This document shows positions 45,125 to 58,033 of a DNA stretch of 64,000 nucleotides, piece by piece. Origin of the DNA: Alphaproteobacteria bacterium. Its GTDB lineage: Bacteria; Pseudomonadota; Alphaproteobacteria; Bin95. A model generated the notes under the pieces. That model was given only the letters and a program-made list of their open reading frames with translations, was not told where the DNA came from and made no database searches. Both the position numbers and the translations under genes were made by a program. Where the stretch lies: contig OZ219787.1 of assembly GCA_964291285.2 (NCBI GenBank), positions 1,888,001 through 1,952,000 on the forward strand. The letters are read 5' to 3'. The stretch's first letter is position 1. Each line of letters starts with the position of its first letter.

Positions 45125-45610
45125 ACGTGTCATGAAATGTCATGTTCCGTCATGCGATGTCATGATCTGCATTCGCATGATGCATAGGCACTGGTCCTTT
45201 CCGGCATGGAGGCGTCGTTTCGGGCGGGGGCTCCGGGTATGCCGTCCGGTTTTCCCTGCCTTGTATCTCCGGCATAGGTCTCTCCTTTCGATCTGTCTTC
45301 GTTCCCTTCTCCGCGCCGCCGCGCCGAACGTGGCGGGACCCTTTTTCGCGCGTAACGCGCGCCGGCGCCCGCGCGCCCGCCCCCGCGCGTTTCGCGCCGG
45401 CGCGGTTTGCGCGCCTGATTGCGCCTGTGCCCGCGCGCGCGAGCCAGACGCAGGGCGCACTTCGCCCGTTGGCCGAATCAGGGGCTTTTTTGCGCCGGCG
45501 CCGACGCGGAGAAGGGGTGCGGCCCCGCCGATGCCGCTTCCCTTCCCCGCCCCATATAGCAACTGGTGTAGAAAACTTCAAGCTCAATTTAGGACTAATA
45601 TCTTTTTTCT
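45125..45610 (-). repeat. Dispersed repeat element, copy B, with promoter-like end and phased TGTCATG repeats
   Basis: (t/c)gtcatg at 45128, 45138, 45148 and 45158; GC-rich core shared with 31791-32220; minus-strand TTGAAG-17-TATATG at 45581-45553. Confidence 0.75.
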
Positions 45611-45770
45611 TGAACAAACAGATTTCCCGAACTGCCCTGCTCTTGCCCGTCATTCCGTTTGCGGCGAGGGACGGGGTGGGGTTTTCCTCATCCCGGCAGG
45701 TGCGCCCCGGCTTCCTCCCTCGCCGCCGAGGTGCTATCCATCCGGCCCCAGCGGAAGTGGAGGGACCGTC

Positions 45771-47681
45771 ATGGCCGGAGCATATGAGACCGCGTTCCGC
45801 CGCTCGCTAGACGAGCGGGAAGCGTTCTGGGCGGAAGCCGCCGCCGACCTGCACTGGTACAAGGCGCCGACGCAAGTCCTGGAAACGGAGTCCACGCCCG
45901 CCGGGCGCTGGTTCGTGGACGGCGTGACCAACACCTGCTTCAACGCCCTCGACCGGCATGTCGAGGCCGGGCGGGGCGAACAGGCCGCGATGATCTACGA
46001 CAGCCCGGTGACCGACACGGTCCGCTCCTTCACCTACCGCGAATTACGGGACGCCGTGGCGGTCTTCGCCGGCGCGCTCAAGAGCCGCGGCATCGGCAAG
46101 GGCGACCGGGTCGTCATCTACATGCCCATGATCCCGGAGACGGCAGTCGCCATGCTCGCCTGCGCCCGGCTCGGCGCAGTGCATTCCGTGGTCTTTGGCG
46201 GGTTCGCCTCCAACGAGCTCGCGGTCCGCATCGACGACAGCGCCTGCAAGGCGGTGGTTGCGGCCTCCTGCGGCATCGAGCCGGGACGGGTCGTGGAATA
46301 CAAGCCGCTGCTCGACGGCGCCATCGAGCTGGCGGAGCACAAGCCCGAATTCTGCGTCGTCTTCCAGCGGCCCGAATGCGAGGCGTCGATGGTCGAGGGG
46401 CGCGATGTCGACTGGGAAGAGGCCGTCGCCGACGCCGAGCCGGCGGATTGCGTCCCGGTCAGCGCGCTGGACCCGCTCTACATCCTCTACACTTCCGGCA
46501 CGACCGGCCAGCCCAAGGGCGTGGTGCGCGACAATGGCGGCCACATGGTGGTGCTGAACTGGACGATGAAGAACGTCTACGGCGTGGAGCCGGGCGAGGT
46601 GTTCTGGGCCGCCTCCGATGTCGGCTGGGTCGTCGGCCATTCCTACATCGTCTATGCGCCGCTGCTTGCCGGCAACACGGCCATCCTGTTCGAGGGCAAG
46701 CCGGTCGGCACGCCGGACGCAGGCGTCTATTGGCGTATCATCGAGCAGCACAAGGTCGCCGCGCTGTTCACCGCGCCCACGGCCTTCCGGGCCATCCGCC
46801 GGGACGATCCCGAAGCGAAATTGCTTGAAGGACGCGACCTCTCGCATTTCCGAACCCTGTTCCTCGCGGGCGAGCGCAGCGACCCGGACACGCTGAAATG
46901 GGCGGAGGACGTTCTGGACCGTCCGGTGATCGACCACTGGTGGCAGACCGAGACGGGCTGGCCCATGTGCGCCAATTGTGTCGGCATCGAGTTCCTGCCC
47001 GTGAAGCACGGCTCGCCCACGCGCCCCGTGCCGGGGTGGGACCTTCGGGTAGTGGACGACAGCAACGAGGAAGTGCCGGCCGGGACCATCGGGGCGCTGG
47101 TGGTGAGAACGCCCATGCCTCCGGGCTCGTTCCCGACGCTCTGGAATGCGCATGAGCGCTATCTGGACACCTACTTCACCGAGTTCCCGGGCTACTACAA
47201 GACGGCCGATGCCGGCTATATCGACGAGGAGGGCTACGCCTACATCATGGCCCGGACCGACGACATCATTAACGTCGCCGGCCACCGGCTCTCGACCGGC
47301 GCCATGGAGGAGGTGCTGGCCGCGCACAACGATGTGGCGGAATGCGCCGTGATCGGCGTCGCGGACCAGTTGAAGGGCCAGATTCCCGTGGGCTTCCTAG
47401 TGCTCAAGGCAGGCGTGAACCGGCCGTTCAGCGAGATCGAGTCGGAGGTCGTCGCCCTCGTGCGCCGGCGGATCGGCCCCGTCGCGGCGTTCAAGACGGC
47501 GGTCGTGGTCGAGCGGCTGCCGAAGACGCGCTCCGGCAAGATCCTGCGCGGCACGATGCAGAAGGTCGCCGACCGGGAGACTTGGAGAATGCCCGCGACC
47601 ATCGACGACCCGGAGATCATGGCGGAGATCGAGGCTGCACTGAAACAGGTCGGCTATGCCGGCGGCGCGGCGTCGCCATAG
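45771..47681 (+). CDS. prpE: Propionyl-CoA synthetase
   Basis: NTCFNALDRHV, AMIYDSPVT, YILYTSGTTGQPKGV.RDNGGH, LFLAGER.DP, DHWWQTETGW, LPKTRSGKILR. Confidence 0.92.
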   Translation: MAGAYETAFRRSLDEREAFWAEAAADLHWYKAPTQVLETESTPAGRWFVDGVTNTCFNALDRHVEAGRGEQAAMIYDSPVTDTVRSFTYRELRDAVAVFAGALKSRGIGKGDRVVIYMPMIPETAVAMLACARLGAVHSVVFGGFASNELAVRIDDSACKAVVAASCGIEPGRVVEYKPLLDGAIELAEHKPEFCVVFQRPECEASMVEGRDVDWEEAVADAEPADCVPVSALDPLYILYTSGTTGQPKGVVRDNGGHMVVLNWTMKNVYGVEPGEVFWAASDVGWVVGHSYIVYAPLLAGNTAILFEGKPVGTPDAGVYWRIIEQHKVAALFTAPTAFRAIRRDDPEAKLLEGRDLSHFRTLFLAGERSDPDTLKWAEDVLDRPVIDHWWQTETGWPMCANCVGIEFLPVKHGSPTRPVPGWDLRVVDDSNEEVPAGTIGALVVRTPMPPGSFPTLWNAHERYLDTYFTEFPGYYKTADAGYIDEEGYAYIMARTDDIINVAGHRLSTGAMEEVLAAHNDVAECAVIGVADQLKGQIPVGFLVLKAGVNRPFSEIESEVVALVRRRIGPVAAFKTAVVVERLPKTRSGKILRGTMQKVADRETWRMPATIDDPEIMAEIEAALKQVGYAGGAASP

Positions 47682-47745
47682 CCTCCCGCTGACCTTCGCT
47701 GCAGGGGGTCGCGTTTGAAAACGAAACGGTTTCGCCTACCCTATC

Positions 47746-47850
47746 CGTCGCCCCGGACCCCGATCCGGGGCCCATCCCCAGCCGTCCCGGTCCGGCGGAG
47801 AGGGTGGGAGATGGACCCCGGCTCTCCGCTTCGCTCCGGCCGGGGTGACG
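47746..47850. repeat. Pair of REP-like palindromes in inverted orientation
   Basis: cgtcgccccgg...ccggggcccat and atggaccccgg...gccggggtgacg, intergenic. Confidence 0.7.
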
Positions 47851-47919
47851 AATAGGGGCCGGCGCAGCCTTCGAAAGCGATTGGCCTGACCACCCAACCC
47901 GTTACCGGAAGAGCATACG

Positions 47920-49113
47920 ATGCCCGATTCCATGAAACAGAAACGCGCCTCCTTCGTGTGGGAGGACCCGTTCCTGCTCGGAGACCAGCTGGACGAGGAC
48001 GAGCGGCTGGTGAGCGAGACGGCGCGGCGCTTCGTCGCCGACACCCTGGCGCCCGGCGTGCGCGACGCCAACCGCCACGAGACCTTCGACCCCGCCCTGA
48101 TGAAGGCTTACGGAGAGGCCGGGTTCCTCGGCGTCGGCCTCGACGGTTACGGCTGCCCCGGCGGCACTTCCGTCATGTACGGGCTGATCGCGCGCGAGGT
48201 CGAGCGCTGCGACAGTTCCTACCGCTCGGCGATGAGCGTGCAGTCTTCGCTGGTCATGTTCCCGATCCACAGCTACGGCTCGGAAGCGCAAAAGGAGAAA
48301 TATCTCCCGAAGCTGGCGTCCGGGGAGTGGATCGGCGCGTTCGGGCTGACCGAGCCGGACCACGGCTCCGACGCCGGCGGGCTGACGACGCGCGCTCGCA
48401 AGGTCCCCGGCGGCTACCGCCTCACCGGCGCGAAAATGTGGATCACGCAGGCCAATATCGCCGATGTCTTCGTCATCTGGGCGAAGGACGACGAGGATGT
48501 CATCCGCGGCTTCGTGCTGGAGCGCGGCATGGAGGGCCTCGCGACCGCAAAGATCGAAGGCAAGTTCTCGCTGCGCGCCTGGCCCACGGGCGAGATCGCG
48601 ATGGACGATGTGTTCGTGCCGGAAGAGAACCGTTTTCCGAATGCGCGCGGCCTCGGCGGCCCGTTCGGTTGCCTCAACAAGGCGCGCTACGGCATCGCCT
48701 GGGGGTCCATGGGGTCGGCCGAGTTCTGCTGGCACGCGGCGCGGCAATACACGCTCGACCGCCACGCTTTCGGCCGCCCGCTGGCCCAGACGCAGCTCAT
48801 CCAGAAGAAGCTCGCCGACATGCAGACCGAGATCGCGCTCGGGCTCCAGGGCGCGCTGCGCGTCGGACGGCTGATGGACGAGGGCAGGGCGGCGCCGGAG
48901 ATGATCTCGCTGGTCAAGCGCAACAATTGCGGCAAGGCGCTCGACATCGCCCGCGTCGCCCGCGACATGCACGGCGGCAACGGCGTGAGCGACGAGTTCC
49001 ATGTCGTGCGCCACTCGATGAACCTCGAGGCGGTCAACACCTACGAGGGCACGCACGACGTCCACGCCCTGATCCTCGGCCGCGCCCAGACAGGCCTGCA
49101 GGCGTTTTCCTGA
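47920..49113 (+). CDS. gcdH: Glutaryl-CoA dehydrogenase
   Basis: [74 protein letters not shown]. Confidence 0.93.
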   Translation: MPDSMKQKRASFVWEDPFLLGDQLDEDERLVSETARRFVADTLAPGVRDANRHETFDPALMKAYGEAGFLGVGLDGYGCPGGTSVMYGLIAREVERCDSSYRSAMSVQSSLVMFPIHSYGSEAQKEKYLPKLASGEWIGAFGLTEPDHGSDAGGLTTRARKVPGGYRLTGAKMWITQANIADVFVIWAKDDEDVIRGFVLERGMEGLATAKIEGKFSLRAWPTGEIAMDDVFVPEENRFPNARGLGGPFGCLNKARYGIAWGSMGSAEFCWHAARQYTLDRHAFGRPLAQTQLIQKKLADMQTEIALGLQGALRVGRLMDEGRAAPEMISLVKRNNCGKALDIARVARDMHGGNGVSDEFHVVRHSMNLEAVNTYEGTHDVHALILGRAQTGLQAFS

Positions 49114-49153
49114 GGGGCTGTCTCTGTCCGATCCTCTCAACAACTATAGGTAG

Positions 49154-49606
49154 TTACAGGCGCTTTCTCATGTAGATGCGTGGGAACCCCCGCTCCGTGC
49201 GGCGGTCGAATTCCTCGTAGCCGTTGCGCGCATACAGGGCGAAATTCTCCGTCATCAGTTCGTGGGTATAGAGGTCGATGCTCTCGTATCCCAGCCGGCG
49301 CGCCTCGCCCTCCGCATGCAGCATCAGGCGGCGGCCGATCCCCTCGCCCTGGCGCGACGGCAGGACGGCGACATTGTCGAGCAGGATCGTTCCTCCCTTT
49401 TCGATCAGGACGACCGCGCCGGCGATTTCGCCCCTGCCTTCGACCACGAAGACCCGGTGGTCGCGGACGACCTGCCGGTAATCGTCCAGCATCGGTCCCG
49501 GCGGCCCGCCAATGCGCTCGATGTAGCGGGAGTAGGCTGCTTCGACGCATCGGGCGATTGCCGGGGCATCCGCGGCGGCGGCGGGACGGAGTTGAAGCTC
49601 GTCCAC
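49154..49606 (-). CDS. GNAT family N-acetyltransferase
   Basis: [20 protein letters not shown]...M.EN..LY...GY. Confidence 0.88.
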   Translation of the reverse strand: MDELQLRPAAAADAPAIARCVEAAYSRYIERIGGPPGPMLDDYRQVVRDHRVFVVEGRGEIAGAVVLIEKGGTILLDNVAVLPSRQGEGIGRRLMLHAEGEARRLGYESIDLYTHELMTENFALYARNGYEEFDRRTERGFPRIYMRKRL

Positions 49607-49616
49607 CGGCGGCCCT

Positions 49617-51746
<2,130 letters not shown>

Positions 51747-51758
51747 CGGCGCCGCGAC

Positions 51759-52757
51759 TCAGAGCCAGCCGGGAGCGGGCAGGCCGGCCTCTTTCAGGAA
51801 GGCCGGGTTCCAGATCTTGGCGGAATAGCGCTGCCCGAGATCGCAGAGCAGGGTGACGACGGTGTGGCCGGGACCGAGCTCCTTTGCCGCGCGGATGGCG
51901 CCGGCGACGTTGATGCCGCTGGAAAGGCCGACGCAGAACCCTTCTTCCTTCAGCAGGTCGAAGACGATGGGCAGCGCCTCGGCGTCCGGGATCAGGTAGG
52001 GGAAATCGACCTCGAGGCCCTCCAGATTGGCCGTCACCCGCCCCTGGCCGATGCCCTCGCTGATCGAGCTGCCCTCGGACTTGAGCTCGCCGTTCGCATA
52101 CCATTCGTAGAGCGCGGCGCCCTCGGGGTCGGCAAGCGCGATCTTGATATCCGGGTTGCGCTCCCTGAGGCCCATGGCGGTGCCGGCGAGCGTGCCGCCG
52201 GTGCCGACGGCGGAGACGAAGGCGTCCACCCTGCCGTCGGTCTGGGACCAGATTTCGGGTGCCGTGGTCTCGATATGGATCTGCCGGTTGGCCACATTGT
52301 CGAACTGGTTGGCCCAGATGGCGCCCTGTTCGTGCGTTGCGGCCAGCTCCTCGGCCAGCCGCCCGGAGACGCGCACATAGTTGTTCGGGTCCCGGTAGGG
52401 CACGGCGGGCACCTCGCGCAGGTCCGCCCCGCAGAGCCGCAGCATCTGCTTCTTCTCTTCCGACTGCGTTTCCGGGATCACGATGACGGTTCGGTAGCCG
52501 CGCGCATTGCCGACCAGGGCGAGCCCGATGCCGGTATTGCCGGCGGTGCCTTCTACGATGACGCCGCCCGGCTCCAACTGCCCTTTGGCCTCGGCATCGC
52601 GGATGATGCCGAGCGCCGCGCGGTCCTTCACCGACCCGCCGGGATTCAGGAACTCCAGCTTGACGAGCACATCGCAGCCCGTCAGTTCGGAGGCTTTCCG
52701 GAGGCGCACCAGCGGCGTGTTCCCGATGGTATCGATGAAGCCGTCGCGAATGTTCAT
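51759..52757 (-). CDS. cysK: Cysteine synthase (PLP-dependent)
   Basis: [47 protein letters not shown]. Confidence 0.9.
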   Translation of the reverse strand: MNIRDGFIDTIGNTPLVRLRKASELTGCDVLVKLEFLNPGGSVKDRAALGIIRDAEAKGQLEPGGVIVEGTAGNTGIGLALVGNARGYRTVIVIPETQSEEKKQMLRLCGADLREVPAVPYRDPNNYVRVSGRLAEELAATHEQGAIWANQFDNVANRQIHIETTAPEIWSQTDGRVDAFVSAVGTGGTLAGTAMGLRERNPDIKIALADPEGAALYEWYANGELKSEGSSISEGIGQGRVTANLEGLEVDFPYLIPDAEALPIVFDLLKEEGFCVGLSSGINVAGAIRAAKELGPGHTVVTLLCDLGQRYSAKIWNPAFLKEAGLPAPGWL

Positions 52758-52833
52758 TACTGGCCAACCCTTGCCGCGCGCCAAACGCAAGTCATATAAG
52801 CGGAATAACGGCGGCGAGGAAGGGCGCGCGCGG

Positions 52834-53541
52834 ATGGGCCTGTTGAAGGAAATCGACAGCTATATGGACCGCGACCCGGCGCTGCGCTCGCGCCTGGAAG
52901 TGGTGCTGGCCTATCCGGGATTCCACGCGCTCGTCTTCTATCGCATCGCCAACTGGTTCTGGCGCAAGCGGTTCTATCTCGTCGGCCGGTTCATCAGCCA
53001 TCTGGGACGCGGGTTCAGCGGCATCGAAATCCATCCGGGCGCGACCATCGGCAAGCGGCTCTTTATCGACCACGGCATGGGCGTCGTCGTCGGCGAGACG
53101 GCCGAGATCGGCGACGATGTCACGCTCTACCAGGGCGTCACGCTTGGCACCACCTCGACAGCGAAGGGCAAGCGCCACCCGACACTCGCCGACGGCGTCA
53201 TCGTTGGATCGGGCGCTCAGATCCTTGGGCCCTTCACGGTGGGCGAGGGCGCGCGGATCGGCGCCAATGCTGTGGTTCTCAAGGCCGTGCCCGCCGGTGC
53301 AACCATGACCGGCATTCCCGCGAAGATGGCGCAGCCGCGCAGCCGCAAGCAGCCGGAGAGCTTCGTCGCCTACGGCACACCGGAGGGCGTAACCAACCCC
53401 GACAGCCGTTCGATCCGCACGCTCGCCGAGACGGTGAAGCGGCTGGAGGCGCGGGTGGCCGAACTGGAGCGCGAACCGGGCGGGCGCGGCGACGAGGACC
53501 GCAGCGGGGATCGTCCGCCGCGAATCGGCGCCGCCGGCTAG
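52834..53541 (+). CDS. cysE: Serine O-acetyltransferase
   Basis: [41 protein letters not shown]. Confidence 0.95.
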   Translation: MGLLKEIDSYMDRDPALRSRLEVVLAYPGFHALVFYRIANWFWRKRFYLVGRFISHLGRGFSGIEIHPGATIGKRLFIDHGMGVVVGETAEIGDDVTLYQGVTLGTTSTAKGKRHPTLADGVIVGSGAQILGPFTVGEGARIGANAVVLKAVPAGATMTGIPAKMAQPRSRKQPESFVAYGTPEGVTNPDSRSIRTLAETVKRLEARVAELEREPGGRGDEDRSGDRPPRIGAAG

Positions 53542-53585
53542 CCCCGGCGCCGCACTGCCCGAATCCCGAAAAGGAGAAGACCGCC

Positions 53586-54131
53586 ATGGCGCGCCTGCCC
53601 ATGCCCGAAACCCTGACCGAACGCCAGCAGGAAGTCCTCGACGCCATCGCCGCCGGTCCGCGCGGCGGCGCGCGCGGGCCTTTTGCCGCCCTGCTGCGCA
53701 GCCCGGAGCTTTGCGAGCGCGCCCAATTGCTGGGGGCGTTCTGCCGGTTCGGCACCGACCTGGGCCCGCGCCTTTCCGAGCTCGCAATCCTGGTGACGGC
53801 GCGGGAGTGGACGGCGCAATACGAGTGGTATGCTCATGCGCGGCTCGCCCGCGAAGCCGGTCTGGACGAGGAGATCATCGAGGCGATCAAGGCCCGCCGG
53901 CGGCCGGAAGGCATGGCGGCGGACGAGGCCGCGGTCTACGACCTCGCCACCGAGCTCTATGCGACGAAGCGCGTGAGCGACGCCAGCTATGAGCGCGCCG
54001 TTGCGGAAGTCGGGGAAAAGGGCGTCGTCGAGACCATCGGCGTCATGGGCTATTACTGCCTGGTGTCGATGGCGCTGAACGTCTCCGGCGTCGAACTCCC
54101 GGAGGGCGAGCCGGAGCCGCTCAGCCTGTAG
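53586..54131 (+). CDS. Carboxymuconolactone decarboxylase/AhpD family protein
   Basis: GPRG..RGPF..LLRSPEL, ELAILVTAR.W...YEWYAH, GYY. Confidence 0.88.
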   Translation: MARLPMPETLTERQQEVLDAIAAGPRGGARGPFAALLRSPELCERAQLLGAFCRFGTDLGPRLSELAILVTAREWTAQYEWYAHARLAREAGLDEEIIEAIKARRRPEGMAADEAAVYDLATELYATKRVSDASYERAVAEVGEKGVVETIGVMGYYCLVSMALNVSGVELPEGEPEPLSL

Positions 54132-54135
54132 CCGG

Positions 54136-54663
54136 CTAGCCCTTGCGGCCGCCGTGCCGGCGGCTCAGGAGGTCGTCCAGGGCTTTGCGCTGCTCGTCGC
54201 TCAGAGTGCCGTACCAGGCATTGAAGGCCGGCCTGACATCGCCGAGCACCGCAGCCGCCGTCTTCGTGGCGGCTTCCGCCAGGGCGAGCTTCGCCGGCAT
54301 CGTCTTCTCGGCCCGGAGCGCTTCGGTCTCCGCGCAGGTTTCGCCGATCCTCTCGCCGCCGGCCCGCACCGCGCCGGTCAGCTTGTCCCAGGCAGCGCGC
54401 TGCTCGGGCGTGAACGCCATGAAGGTCTCGGCGAAGGTGATCGCGGCCTCGATATGGTCGGTGCGGGCGTCGCTGCACAGCTTGTGCGCTATGCCGCCCC
54501 GATGGCCGCGATGCCCCCAGCCGTGGCGGTGGCCGACCAGCGTGATCGCGGCCTCGCCGGCCTTCACGCTCTGGCGCACGTCGCTGGAGAGGGCATAGGC
54601 GCCGACCGCGCCCAGGCTTGCCAGACCGAGGCCGCCGGCGATGATGATGACCTTGAGTTTCAT
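54136..54663 (-). CDS. Spy/CpxP (LTXXQ) family periplasmic protein
   Basis: Signal peptide, His/Gly-rich linker, FTPEQ..AW and LSDEQ motifs; divergent from the TCS. Confidence 0.8.
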   Translation of the reverse strand: MKLKVIIIAGGLGLASLGAVGAYALSSDVRQSVKAGEAAITLVGHRHGWGHRGHRGGIAHKLCSDARTDHIEAAITFAETFMAFTPEQRAAWDKLTGAVRAGGERIGETCAETEALRAEKTMPAKLALAEAATKTAAAVLGDVRPAFNAWYGTLSDEQRKALDDLLSRRHGGRKG

Positions 54664-54789
54664 GGGATATGCCTCCTTCGGTTCCGCCGGCCAGCACGGC
54701 CGGTTCGGGACTTGTATGGGGTCTTCGTGTAACGCGGCCATGTCCCGGCCGCCGCCATTTGGCAACAGTCCGTTGCCTGAGCGCGCCCC

Positions 54790-54804
54790 GTTACGCTTCG
54801 TTAC
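54790..54804. promoter_or_regulatory. Candidate OmpR/CpxR-type binding site
   Basis: GTTAC-N5-GTTAC direct repeat between the spy-like gene and the response regulator. Confidence 0.5.
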
Positions 54805-54849
54805 AACAAAACCTCCGGGGGAGCGCTGCACGGCCCTAAACTCGGAGCG

Positions 54850-55572
54850 ATGAAGGACGGGCCGCATATCCTCGTCGTGGACGACGACCGTGAAATCCGC
54901 GACCTGCTCGCGCGGTTCCTGCGCAAGCACGGCTTCCGCGTGGAGACCGCCGCCGACGGCAGGGCGATGTTCCGGACCCTGTCGGCGGGGCGCTTCGACC
55001 TGGTGGTGCTCGACCTGATGCTGCCGGGGGAAGACGGCCTCAGCCTCTGCCGGAAGGTCCGTGCGGAGTCCGACCTGCCGATCGTCATGCTCACCGCCAT
55101 CGGCGAGGACACGGACCGGATCGTCGGGCTGGAGATGGGCGCCGACGACTATCTCGCCAAGCCGTTCAACCCGCGCGAGCTGCTGGCCCGCATCCGCGCC
55201 GTGCTGCGCCGCGCGCCGGACATGCGGGGTCGTCCGGAGGCCGACCCGTCCCGGAGCTTCGAGTTCCAGGGCTGGGCGCTGGACGCCGGGCGGCGCAGCC
55301 TGCATGCGCCGGACGGCGCGCTGGTGGACCTGACGGGCGGTGAGTTCGACCTGCTGCTGGCGCTGGTGGAGCATCCGGGCCGGGTGCTGAACCGCGACCA
55401 GCTCCTGGACCTCACGCGCGGCCGGGAAGCCGGGCCGTTCGACCGCAGCGTCGATGTGCAGGTGAGCCGCCTGCGCCGCAAGATCGAGGACGACCCGAAG
55501 CAGCCGGAGCTCATCAAGACCGTGCGCGGCGGCGGCTACGTGTTTGCGGGCAGGGTGCAGGAACGCCGATGA
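54850..55572 (+). CDS. OmpR-family response regulator
   Basis: ILVVDDD, LDLMLPGEDG, GADDYLAKPF, RSVDVQVSRLRRK, KTVRG.GY. Confidence 0.95.
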   Translation: MKDGPHILVVDDDREIRDLLARFLRKHGFRVETAADGRAMFRTLSAGRFDLVVLDLMLPGEDGLSLCRKVRAESDLPIVMLTAIGEDTDRIVGLEMGADDYLAKPFNPRELLARIRAVLRRAPDMRGRPEADPSRSFEFQGWALDAGRRSLHAPDGALVDLTGGEFDLLLALVEHPGRVLNRDQLLDLTRGREAGPFDRSVDVQVSRLRRKIEDDPKQPELIKTVRGGGYVFAGRVQERR

Positions 55573-56888
55573 CCCGCTGGCTGCTGCGCCTCTGGCCGGA
55601 GGGGATCGCCGCCAGGCTGGGCCTCCTGCTGCTTGCCGGGCTGGCGGTCTTCGGCGTCGTCGTGGGATTGTTTTACCTGGACGAGCGGCGCGACCACGCG
55701 GTCGAGCACTTCGGCAGGGTGCTGTCCGTACGCATGCTCGCCATCGTCGAACTGCTGGAAGAAGCGACGCCGGGCGAACGGCGGCAGTTGCTCACGGCGC
55801 TGTCGGACCGGCGGTTGCGGATCAAGCTGCTTCTCGAACGGCCCCAGGGAACCGAGTGGCGCCCGCCGGAGAACGTGGATGAGGATGCGGGCCGCCATCT
55901 GGAGCGGCTTCGGCCGCGACCCGTGCTCATGCGCGTCGGAGGCAGGTCCTCCGGCGAGCGCCACGGTCACCGCATCCTGATTGCAGTCGGGCTGAAGGAA
56001 GGTGTGTGGGCGGAATTCTCCGTCCGTCCGGGCTACTGGCCGCGCGCCGGACCGTTGATCTGGCTGGGCGCGGTCGCGCTCCTTGTGGTGCTGGGGCTGG
56101 TCTGGGGCGCGCACCGGACCACCCGCCCGCTGCGACGCTTTGCGGAGGCGGCCGACCGGCTGGGGCTGGATGCGAACCCGCCGCCCCTGCCGGAGCGGGG
56201 CCCGCGCGAGCTGCGCAACGCCACCCGCGCCTTCAACCGCATGGCGGCGCGCATCCGCCGGCTCGTGGACGACCGCACCCTGATGCTGGCGGCGGTCTCG
56301 CACGACCTGAAGACCATGCTGACGCGCCTGCGCCTGCGCGCCGAATTCATCGAGGATGCCGAGCAGAAGGAGAAAGCCGCCGCCGATCTTGACGAGATGC
56401 AGGCCATGCTGGAGGCAACGCTTGCCTTCGCGCGCGACGATGCAGCGGACGAACGCCCGGTGCCCGTCGATCTGGCGGCCATGCTGCAGAGTCTTGCGGC
56501 CGATCTCGCCGATGCGGGCCACACGGCCTCCTATGACGGCCTGGACCGCCTCACACTCAGGGCCCGTCCGGTCGCGCTGCGCCGCGTCTTCGAGAACCTG
56601 CTGGACAACGCGCTCCGCTACGGCGAAGAGGCGACCGTCTCGCTGCGTCAGGCGGACGGGCGGGCCGAAGTGCGGATCGAGGACCGCGGGCCCGGCATCC
56701 CTGCGTCGCTTCGGGAACGGGTGTTCGATCCCTTCTTCCGCGTGGAGGCGTCGCGGAGCCGCGACACGGGCGGCAGCGGCCTCGGCCTCGCCGTGGTCCG
56801 CGCCATCGTCCAGCGCCACGACGGCGAAATCGCGCTGGAAGACCGCCCCGGCGGCGGGCTGTGCGTGCGGATATCGCTGCCGCTGTAG
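55569..56888 (+). CDS. Sensor histidine kinase (HAMP, HisKA, HATPase)
   Basis: Two TM helices, SHDLKT, NLLDNALRY, DRGPGI, GGSGLGL. Confidence 0.95.
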   Translation: MTRWLLRLWPEGIAARLGLLLLAGLAVFGVVVGLFYLDERRDHAVEHFGRVLSVRMLAIVELLEEATPGERRQLLTALSDRRLRIKLLLERPQGTEWRPPENVDEDAGRHLERLRPRPVLMRVGGRSSGERHGHRILIAVGLKEGVWAEFSVRPGYWPRAGPLIWLGAVALLVVLGLVWGAHRTTRPLRRFAEAADRLGLDANPPPLPERGPRELRNATRAFNRMAARIRRLVDDRTLMLAAVSHDLKTMLTRLRLRAEFIEDAEQKEKAAADLDEMQAMLEATLAFARDDAADERPVPVDLAAMLQSLAADLADAGHTASYDGLDRLTLRARPVALRRVFENLLDNALRYGEEATVSLRQADGRAEVRIEDRGPGIPASLRERVFDPFFRVEASRSRDTGGSGLGLAVVRAIVQRHDGEIALEDRPGGGLCVRISLPL

Positions 56889-57209
56889 CGGGCCGCGTTC
56901 ATGCTTTTTTCCTGAAAAGGGGGTTGATTACGAGATTGAATAGCTTATATTCCCCTTATAAGAGTATAAATCAGGAACAAGCGGGCAGATGATCTGACGG
57001 TGCTGAGCGCGTGCGGCATGGGCCGCCTTGTGGCGCTTCTCGGGGTTTCGAAGGGCGAAACCGGACACAGGGCCGGACAGGGAAGGTGCGCGCGCGGGCC
57101 GCGGGAGAACCGACCGGGTTGTCCCGATTCCGGGCCGGGTCCGGGGTGGGGTCCACGCGCCCGACCCGTTCGAAATGGGCCGCCGGGAGGCGCGGCCGGG
57201 GGAGGAACC

Positions 57210-57644
57210 ATGACGGATTTGCTGGCGGGACGGAGCCGGGGACGAGCGTTCGGCGAGGACCTGCGCCGCCGGGCGGTTGCGGCGGTGTTGGACGAGGGGA
57301 TGACCAGGGTGGCTGCGGGCCGGCGGTTCGGGGTCCATCCCAAAAGCATCGCCCGCTGGGTGGAGCGCTACCGTGAACGCGGCCATGTGCGGCCCGACGC
57401 AAGGGGCGGCGACCTCCAGTCCTGGCGGATCGAGGCGGAGCGGGAGCGGATCGTCCGTCTTCTGGAGTGGCGGCCGCGCCTCAGCGTCCGCGCGCTTCGC
57501 GACGCGCTGGCCGAGGATGGCGTCGTGTTCGGGTTCGGCACGGTGCAGCGCTTCCTGAAGCGCCACGGCCTGGAGCGCGCCCGCCGCCTCGCCCGCCTCG
57601 GCATCCGCTACGGCGCGAAACGCCCGCGTGGTCCGCAAAGGTGA
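57210..57644 (+). CDS. IS630-type N-terminal HTH protein without DDE domain
   Basis: DLRRRAVAAV..G....AAGRRFGV......RWV.RYRE.G...P..RGG, TVQRFLKRHG; GGAGG RBS; no catalytic ORF follows. Confidence 0.7.
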   Translation: MTDLLAGRSRGRAFGEDLRRRAVAAVLDEGMTRVAAGRRFGVHPKSIARWVERYRERGHVRPDARGGDLQSWRIEAERERIVRLLEWRPRLSVRALRDALAEDGVVFGFGTVQRFLKRHGLERARRLARLGIRYGAKRPRGPQR

Positions 57645-57796
57645 CGGCCGTGCGAAGCACGGTGAGAACCAAGACGCCCGTATAGGAGACCGGGCGGATC
57701 GGCGTCAGAACGATGCGCCTGTTCTCGGCGGTCTCATCTCGCAGGAATGCAGGCTGTATGCTGGCAAATTGCCGTCCACAGGCAGGAGCGCCAGTC

Positions 57797-58033
57797 ATGG
57801 CCACCATCACCGTGCGGAATGTCGATGACAAGCTGGTCACCGCCCTGAAGGCCCAGGCGAAGGCGAACCAGCGCTCGCTGGAAGGCGAAGTCCGCCACCT
57901 TCTCGCCCAACAGGCGTTGCGTCATGCCCGCCTCGAAGACTTCCGTGAGCGCACCGCGCGCCTCGCCGGCCTCACCGCCGACCGCCCCCAGACAGACAGC
58001 ACCTTCCTCCTGCGCGAGGACCGCGACCGTTGA
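57797..58033 (+). CDS. FitA-like ribbon-helix-helix antitoxin
   Basis: MATITVRNVDD....ALKAQAKANQRSLEGEVR; C-terminal DS..LLREDRDR; overlaps the PIN gene start. Confidence 0.88.
   Translation: MATITVRNVDDKLVTALKAQAKANQRSLEGEVRHLLAQQALRHARLEDFRERTARLAGLTADRPQTDSTFLLREDRDR

Noticed and set aside
45538-45552. cccttccccgcc resembling the array box
   Set aside because: Partial match only, outside the element; plausible by chance in GC-rich DNA.
45132-45770. N-terminal extension of prpE
   Set aside because: Corresponds to the dispersed repeat element; RBS and family start support ATG 45771.
56960-56995. Possible alphaproteobacterial LexA box near aggaacaag
   Set aside because: Only one GAAC half-site; no GAAC-N7-GAAC match.
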